Origin: Octopus vulgaris
Lineage: Eukaryota
Direction of reading: 5' to 3'
Assembly (NCBI GenBank): GCA_951406725.2
Contig: OX597814.1
Location: 152,148,001 to 152,212,000 of the forward strand
DNA: 64,000 nt
Of the stretch, positions 55,130 through 64,000 are shown in pieces. A program made the position numbers and the translations under genes. Within the stretch, counting starts at the first letter, position 1; each line of letters begins with the position of its first letter. The notes below the pieces were generated by a model. It was not told where the DNA came from, made no database searches, and saw only the letters and a program-made list of their open reading frames with translations.

Positions 55130-57029
55130 TCTCTCCCTCTCTCTCTCTCTCTCTGTATACATATGTGTTTGTGTGAGTGTGTGTATGCGTGTGTTTGTAT
55201 CCATATGTGTGTGCATATTTGTGCATGTACATGTTTTTATGTATATGTGTTGTGTGTGCATGCGTGTTTGTGTGCTTGTGTATGCGTGCGTGAATATACC
55301 TTGTATGCATGTGTTTGACCATGTGCATGTCTGCAAGTGCAAAACGGCAGTTGCGCAGAGAGAAGATGAAGAAGTAGGATTGGGGAAATGATGATGCTGG
55401 TGATGCTAGCGACGGTGGTGGCGGTGATAGTGGTGGTAGTGGTGGTGATAGTTGGGGTGAAGGAGGAGGAAGCAGAAGAATATGTGGTAGGAGCCAAGAC
55501 CGGATATAATCATTAGTGACGTGTTGATTTCGAAGTAAAACGACTGGGAGAGAGTTCGATACGATTGACTGAGAATGACAAGTGAAGCGTGGGTTGTTGT
55601 TGTTGTAGTTCTTCTAATTGTCATCGTCGTCGTCGTAGCGGACCACGTGTCTTTTCTTTTTTTTTTGATGTTTAAGTCTCTTTTACCGTTTACCTCTTTT
55701 GGTCATTAGACTGCAGCCATGCTGGGGCATCGCCTTGAAGGTTTTTAGTCGAATGACTCGACACCAGTACTAGTTGCTTTTTTTTTTTTGTATTTTTTTG
55801 AAGCCTAGTACTTATTCAGTCGCATCCCTTTGCTAGACCGCTAGGTTTCCTTACAGGGACATAAGTACGCCAACACCGGTTATCAAGTGGTGGCAGGGGA
55901 ACAAGCACACACACGCGCGGGCGCACAGCTTCTTTCAGTTTCTGTCTACCAAATCCACTCACAAGGCTTTGGTCGACCCGAGGCTCTAGAAAAGACTCTT
56001 GACCAAGGTTCCACGCAGTAGGACTAAACTCGGAATCATGTGGTTGAGAAACAAGCTTCTTACTACACACCCATGCCTGCTCCTCTAATCAGTTTTGATG
56101 GAGTTGACATAGGATCAACCCTAATTCAAACGTAGCCATTCCTTTTTTTGTATATACCAGCAACCACATTATCTAACGTAACGTAGTCTTCATATTTTTA
56201 AGATAGCACGGTATTGCCTGTTCTTTCTTGGTGGTCGAGTTATCATATACTAGTCGGCTCCCTCGTTGGTTACGTTCACCGAATGTCTAAAAAGTTCGCT
56301 AGTAATCGTGAGGTTCTGGTTCATTATCCCACCGCGTGACTTTTTGGACAAGTGTCTTTTATCATAACGTCTGGTGGACCAGAGCTTTGTGAGAAACTGT
56401 ATGGAAGCCCATCGGTTGGATTTTATTTGTAATTCAAAGAGTCAACCGAGTCGCATGTCATACGGCTATGTTCTGAGTATCATGTTAAAGGTAAACATGT
56501 CTTTGGAATACTCGACCACATATTCCAATGAGTAAACAATTCTGTTGATTGAATAGTCATCGTTGAAATTGACAAAGGATCCATCATGGTTATGTTGTGC
56601 AGGCTTGGGAGAAGATAATATAGAGGGGCTGGTGGTAGGTGAGTAGGTCGGAAAGCAAACGGGGTGGTCAGTAGTAAGTATAAGTGGTAGAGAGTGTGGG
56701 TAGGTAGAAATACGGGTGTACATAAGGATAAGTAGATTGTTTGATAACTGGGTCGGTGGGTGAATAGAAAGGACGGTAGCTAGGTAGAGGAGAAAATGGG
56801 CAAGTTGTTTGATTGGGTAGGTAGGTAGGTAGGTAGGCAGGCAGATAAATATTTTGTTTGGTAGGATCAGGGTATACGTTCATGTATGTACATAAGTGTG
56901 TATGTATGTACATTTGCATGAATGTAGCTATGCATAATGCATGGATATATTTGTGTGTGTGGATGGATGGATGGATGGATGTATGTATGTATGTATGTAT
57001 GTATGTATGTATGTATGTATGTATGTATA

Positions 57030-57890
57030 CCAGGTCACTTATGAGGCTCTCATAAGTGCTACTGGTTACATGGAATCCAGTACAACCTGTTGCATAGTCG
57101 GGTTGTCGGTGATTAAACCCACCAAGCAAGCCTGATGAGGAGGATTGCTGGAAACCCAGCAGGATTAAAATCAAGACCTGTTGAAAGGTCAGATGAACCT
57201 AGTGCAGGCTCAACGGCTATCTAGCAATAGTACAGGTACGCAGAAATTCTGGGATGGTGTCCGGCTTGCTAGAAAACCGCTAGAAGTGAGGCACCACTCA
57301 GCTTTCGTTGAAGTATGTCTCTGGGAGGTCACTCCTATAAAACCAGATATGCAAGGAATGGAATTGGACATTTTGAGGATCTTTAGTTTGTGCTAGAGAT
57401 CATGGCGCTCCCACAGCCCCGAGCCTTGCGGCTGATATTGGCACCAGACATCTCGCTCTGGCTTATCTCTGGATAATGTCAATAGAGTACATAGGTTCTA
57501 CGAGGTGTTGTGCAAGCCTTATTGGACCTAAAACTCTGCACAGACATTGCTGACCTCTGCTCGATATGTGCTGCCCCCACCCCCGCTATATATATTTATC
57601 TTATTTTCTGTATATATATCTAGCAGGTTAAAGAGGGGGTTGACACCTTTTGGAAGAGCACAATTTGATTATGAAGAATTTAAGCGTGCTGCTCGAAAGC
57701 GCACTGCTAGCGTAGGGATTAGGGAAAGCTTGGTTTGCAACGTTTGTAGTTGTGTATGCTTGTCAAGAGCAGGGCTAAATAGCCACCGTCGGAGCCGCAA
57801 GTGCAAAATATAAGTTAGTGCTAGAGTGGACAATGTTCCTAAAGGTCAGTAATGGTCATTCTCGGTCACGAATGGACGGCCATCATGTAG
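57030..57890 (+). mobile_element. Non-autonomous RTE derivative (5' UTR, C-terminal zinc finger, 3' UTR)
   Basis: KRAARK..LVCNVCSCVCLSRAGLNSHRRS, followed by an RTE-like 3' end tggtcattctcggtcacgaatggacggccatcat. Confidence 0.7.
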
Positions 57891-58226
57891 ATTACGAGGA
57901 AGGTTAATAGTAGTATGTATGTATTTATGTATTAAAATATACGTATAAATCCGCACGTATGTATGTATTTTGTGCGTATACATATATGCACTTATGTTTG
58001 CATGCACGTATATATGCATGTATGTGCTAAAATGTATGTATGTATGTATGTATGTATGTATGTATGGATGGATGGATGGATGGATGGATGGATATAAGTA
58101 GGTAAGTAGATAGTTTGATCGGTAAAAAGTCATGATGATTAGTAGGTAAATTGGTAGGTGGTAAGTGGATGAATTGGGTATATAGATGGGTTAGAAGTAG
58201 GCGGATAGATAGATAGATAGATAGAT

Positions 58227-58303
<77 letters not shown>

Positions 58304-58729
58304 TGTAGGAAGAAAAGTAGGTAACAAGAGAGGTAAATGTAGACATACATTTAGGTCGGTTGATAGGTAAATAGGTTTACATAAACTGCCAATTAAATTC
58401 CTGCTGCAAAAGGAAGTACCTAAACTCACCGGCTTGTCTAGGTAGTATGTACTTGACTTTTTCTTTTCTTTTCTTTTTCTTCTTTTTTTTTTCTTTTAGA
58501 GTATGGCTTGTTTGCAGATAGGGTGAAAAGAGAGGGGTTTTTAGTTGGAACAGACTGGGTTAGGTATCCTGCTGAAGATTTTATCCCCTCCCCTACTTCC
58601 TGAATTCCATTGCATCATCCTTTGGAATTTGGGGTTGACGGGTTAGAAGGGAGAAAGGAAAGCTAGAAGGGGAAAAGAACTGAAAAGCGGAAGGGATGGA
58701 TAATTATATTTCCTTATATTGATACAAAT

Positions 58730-61700
58730 ATGAAGGCAAGCTGGCTGGATCGAGAGCACTTCGGACAACGTACTTTACGGCATTTCTTTTGGATCTTTAC
58801 GTTCTAAGTTCAAATTCCGCCGTGATCGACTTCATTTTTATTTCTTCGGGATCGATAAAAATAAGTACCAGTTGGGTATTGGGGGAAGGGGTAAACCCCT
58901 TACCTCCCCCGCTGAAATCGCTGGCCAATTTGCATAAGTGATTAGACGAATAGCCTCGTAGTTAGGTATGTTAGATTGACAATCATTAAGTTATCGGTTC
59001 GATTCTCAGAGAGGGCGTTCACGTTGCTCCCCTCTACTCAATGGAAAATGGCAGCTGAGCCTAACCCTGCAATGAACTAGCACTCCATTCAAAAGGAAAT
59101 GTTTTACTCTCAGTTGCCTACACACCTTGCAAATCCGGTTTAATGTCCATGTGGGCTCGATGTAGATTTCTTTTTCTTTAGTACTTTATAGAGAAAGAGG
59201 ACGAGTAATTTGTTTAAGTAAAGCCGAAAATAAAATAAAATGAAAAGTATTCGGGATCAAAATTTGAGCGCAAAACGTCGAATATAGATATCTGTTACAA
59301 CAACGGTATACTGGCATAATCTATGAAGAAGCGGATAGAATCGATTAAATCAACTTCAGTATAATGCTGTTATTTATCGACAAGCCAAAAAAAAAAAAAA
59401 TTAAAAAATTAAAAAGTTCTAGTTTGGTAGGATTCGAACTCAAAACGTGAAATGAGATATAAATATTTGTTATAAATTTTGGCATAAGGCCGGATATTTC
59501 GAGAAGCGGGTAAATCGATTACGTCGACCCCAGCGTTCAGCTGGTACTTATTTTATCGGTCTCGAAAGGACGAAAAGCTGAGTCGGCCTCAACAGAATTT
59601 GGATTCAGAATACAAAGATGTATGAAATACTGGTAAGCATTCCGCCCGGCGTGCAGACAAAGAGGAATAGAAGTATTGGTTTCAAATTTTGGCATAGAGC
59701 CAGCAAGTTTGGGGGAGGGGAATAGTCGATTACATAGACGCCAGTGTTCAACAAGTACTTATTTTATCGACTCCGAAAGGATGAAAAGCAAAGTCGACCT
59801 TGGCCGAATTTGAACTCAGAACGTAAAGATGGACGAAATGACACTAAACATTCCGCTCGACGTGCTAACGAAGAGATATGCAAATATTGATTTCATACAT
59901 TGATACACAAATATAAGTTACAGTATATTATTGGTAGTTATTTTATCAAAATCGGCAAAAGAATAAGAAAAGAAACACCAACCTCGATAGGATTTGAACC
60001 CAAAGCATCAAGGGATTCAATTAATACCGCTGTAAGATATCTTGTTACTGGCTTTACATTCTGGGTTCAAATTTCGCCGAAATCTACTTTCCATGATTCA
60101 GTGATCGTTAGAATAAATAATTAAGCCGTTTCAGTATATGTTGTGCTCTCTGGCCTTGTTCCAAAAGTTGAAACCAGTACAAACTGCTATAAAAGGCGGC
60201 GAGCTGGTAGAATCGTTTGCAAGGACAATAATGCTTAGCCAGCAGTTCTTCTAGCTTTACATTCTGAGCTCAAATTCCGCCGAGGTCAACTTTGCCTTTT
60301 GATCTTCTCGACGTCGATAAAATAAGTCCCAGTTGAGCACTACATTCGATATAATTAATTTGCTCCCTCCCACAGACTTTCAGGTCATATGTCTATAGTA
60401 GAAGGTAAAAAGATATATAAAATGTGTCTAAACTAAGTACCAGTGATATTCTGAGGTTGATTTTTTATCGATTGTTTCCCACCCTATAAAAAACTTGCAA
60501 CAATGTAGCGAGCTTAGAAATCATTATTGATTTCAAATTCCTCCGATTTTGGCTTTGCGTTTCAACATCCTGGGTTCGATAATGTAAGCATCAGCCAGAT
60601 GCTGAGGATGATTTCATTGACATTTGACCTTTTTCAAAAATGTCTGGCCAAGTGAAACTGTTGTTGTTATTATTTAACCCTAGGTCAGCCCTGATTGGGT
60701 AGAATTACGATCTAAGGCTTTTTAGTCACGACCAGCCCATCTCTTTTTAAGGTATAATGTATCCTTCACACACACATCTTCCGTCTTTAAGAGGGAGATT
60801 TGGTTGCAGTTTCTAGCATATTTTACAACCACGTAGGCTCTCCCTCGTTGTGTCATTGTCCTTCTATTTTAACAACAGTGTTGGTGGCACAATCGGTACC
60901 CCTCCACCCGCAAACGAAGTATTTTCGGCTGTTCACACTCGAATTCTACCACAAACAAGTTCGAATTCTATCACAAATAACTTATTTTATTTTATTTTTC
61001 ACGATAAAATAATGTACCAATCAAGTGCTGAGATAAATTTAATCGATTATGTCCTTCCCTTAAATTCAACTTAAATTTTGTACGATATAGAACTTAGAAT
61101 TTAGTTGTTTGTTATTTCAAACAATATAAATTGGATTTATTATACACATATATTCTTACAATGACATTTGTTTTCACCATTTTAAACACTTGTTTTTTTT
61201 AATACCTAAAATTCAATATTATTATTATTATTACTTTTATTATTAATAGTATTATGAATATTATTCAATAAAGGTGGAGAACTGGCAGATAGTGAGCAAA
61301 TCGGACAAAATTATCAATGGCTCTTTATACTCTGGGTTCAAATTTCGCCAAGGTCGACTTTGCTTTTCAGGGTCGATGAAATTATGTACCAGTCAAGAAC
61401 ACGTCGATGTAATCAACCTGCTTTCTCCCCTTGTGGCCAAACTGGAAAGAAGTATAATTTTTATTCAACATTATATATATTTAAGGCGGCGAGCTGGCAG
61501 AAACGTTAGCACGCCGGGCGAAATGTGTAGCCGTATTTCGTCTGCCAATACGTTCTGAGTTCAAATTCCGCCGAGGTCGACTTTGCCTTTCATCCTTTCG
61601 GGGTCGATAAATTAAGTATCAGTAACGATTTAATCGACTTAATCCGCTTGTCTGTCCTTGTTTGTCCTCTCTGTGTTTAGCCCCTTGTGGGTAGTAATGA

Positions 61701-62060
61701 AATAGGTATTTCGTCTGCCGCTACGTTCTGAGTTCAAATTCTGCCGAGGTCGACTTTGCCTTTCATCCTTTCGGGGTCGATAAATTAAGTATCAGTTACA
61801 CACTGAGGTCGATGTAATCGACTTAAGCCCTTTGTCTGTTCTTGTTTGCCCCCTCTATGTTTAGCCCCTTGTGGGCAATAAATAAATAAGAATCGTTAGT
61901 ATGCGGGGCAAAAGACTTAGCAACAGCAGCAGTTCGTTCGTCTTCACGTTCTGCGTTCAAATTCCGCCAAGGTCGACTATGCTTGAACGCTGGGGTCAAT
62001 ATAATCAACTATTCCCTCCCCCGAAACTACTGGCTTTGTGCTGAAATTTGAAATCAATAT
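58730..62060. mobile_element. Dense cluster of old and young family A SINEs on both strands
   Basis: Copies at about 58733, 59460-59870 (-), 60192, 61270 and 61482-62060. Confidence 0.75.
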
Positions 62061-62384
62061 TACTTTTATTTAGAAAAGGAAAGAAGGAGAAGAAATCATG
62101 TTAAATCCGAGGAATTATAACAATAGTAGAAAACAATTTTAAATCACAACAATAAAAAAAAGTTAACGTGGTGGCGGTGGAGGTCGGAGGTAGATATTGA
62201 GTCGAAAGTGTCAGGGTGGAAAAGAAGTTATGAATTCATAATAAAGTTGCAAAAATGTCAATTGAAGAATCAATTCAATAGAGTCTTCTTATCGGTAGAA
62301 TAATTTTGGTAGTGCACCGAGATACCCGTAAGCAATGCAACAGTGTTACAGTGCACCGAGAAAGAAATGTGTGCTTGTGTGTTT

Positions 62385-62731
62385 GTGTATAGTGTATTTC
62401 CACTGCTTTATACCATATATACATATATACGTGTGTGTCTGTGTGTGTGTGTGTTTTGTTGTAGCCCCAGGCCGACCAAAGCCTTATGAGTGGATTTGGT
62501 AGACAGAAAATGAAAGAAGCCAGTCCTGAATGTATACGCACGTGTATATCTATGTATGTGTGTGTGTGTATAGTGTATTTACACTGCTTTATACCATATA
62601 TACATATATACGTGTGTGTGTTTGTGTGTGTCTTTTGTTATAGCCCCAGGCCGACCAAAGCCTTATGAGTGGATTTGTTAGACGGAAACTGAAAGAAGCC
62701 AGTCCTGGATGTATACACACGTGTATATTTA

Positions 62732-62735
<4 letters not shown>
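62385..62735 (+). repeat. Tandem duplication of about 180 bp including part of SINE B
   Basis: gtgtatagtgtatttMcactgctttatacc...agccccaggccgaccaaagccttatgagtgg occurs twice. Confidence 0.9.
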
Positions 62736-62789
<54 letters not shown>

Positions 62790-63110
62790 TTTGCGTTTTC
62801 GTTTGTTTCACCATCACCACCACCACCGCTTGACAACCTGTGTTGATTTCTTTACTTTCGTGTAACCTAGCAGTTCGGCAAAAATAAGCCGATAGAATTA
62901 ATATTATGCTTTAACACAAGTAAATAAATAAATTGTAAAAGTAGTGAGATCATTTCGTTCGACTGAAACCCTTCAAGGTGGTGCTCCAGCATGGCCGTAG
63001 TCAAATGACCGAAACTAAAAGATAGATGAAAGGTATACATACACATGTCGTGCATATATACATGCATATAACCGATATATATGTGTATATAAATATATAT
63101 ATATATATAT

Positions 63111-63160
<50 letters not shown>

Positions 63161-63317
63161 CACACACACACAACACACATACATACGCACACATATAAAT
63201 ATACATATACATATATACTATGAATGTATATTGTTTCTTATATACTCATATATTAATACACTTTTGTATACATACAAATTATAAATAAATAAATCTAATA
63301 TATCTAATCTATATACC

Positions 63318-63446
<129 letters not shown>

Positions 63447-64000
63447 GTATGTCTGTTTGTCTATCCATGTATCTACTTATCTATGTGCTATCACATTTTC
63501 TATCTCTGTATCTACTTCTCCGCAACTAGTTTTCTACCAATATTATCCTTTAGAACACAAAAAGCTATCTACCTATCAAGTTTTTGCTAGCCTCACTAAA
63601 TGCCAGCCTTGAATGAGCTAACATATGATGAAAACATTGCAACCGTAATCAAATTGCTAGTTTTATATATTAAATAAAAAATAATTTTAGTTTCTTCTTT
63701 CCGACAGACGACATTTTCCAACGTGTCCCTTTTTGTTCAAGAAGATACAGGGTCTGATGGAGAAATTTGTTGCTAATTCTTACAGGTCGAACAACCTCGT
63801 AGCGTCTCCTCGTTCATTGATTTGTCAGGCTAAGAAACAGTTTGTATATTCGCTGTGTGTGTGTGTGTGTATACATGAACTATTTTCAAACTGCTTCGGA
63901 AATAAGGATATACACAGATATTGATCAACTGTGTGTCTTTCTATCTGTCTATCTGTCTGACTACGGTCTGTCTATCCGTCTATCTATCTATCTATCTATC

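Noticed and set aside
57128-57165. CTGATGA...GAAAC in the RTE leader
   Set aside because: There is no stem II and no NUH in register, and the homologue at 15.56 kb reads ttggtgag.
63708-63790. Apparent exon encoding RHFPTCPFL (BIR-domain-like) after a good acceptor
   Set aside because: It aligns with the reverse complement of old repeat family D, so the match is coincidental.

Overview
AT-rich, microsatellite-dense animal genomic DNA, intergenic or intronic. The SINE repertoire suggests an octopod cephalopod (inference). No intact host protein-coding gene is supported, and most ORFs in the track are simple-repeat artefacts. The window contains dozens of copies of at least four SINE-like families, a full-length decayed mariner (DD34D), a deleted maT element (DD37D), CR1-group and RTE LINE fragments, Penelope-like (GIY-YIG) fragments, fold-back/MITE-like elements and minisatellites. 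The most interesting signal is RNA structure. There are several type I hammerhead ribozyme motifs at about 15.1 kb and 18.8-20.0 kb, and two unrelated families share a non-canonical CCGAUGA core. A structured repeat (14.7 kb and 44.7 kb) carries all three hammerhead core strands in a non-standard order. Retroelement fragments are repeatedly framed by long inverted or direct duplications of their flanks. Ribozyme calls are by-eye fits and are untested.
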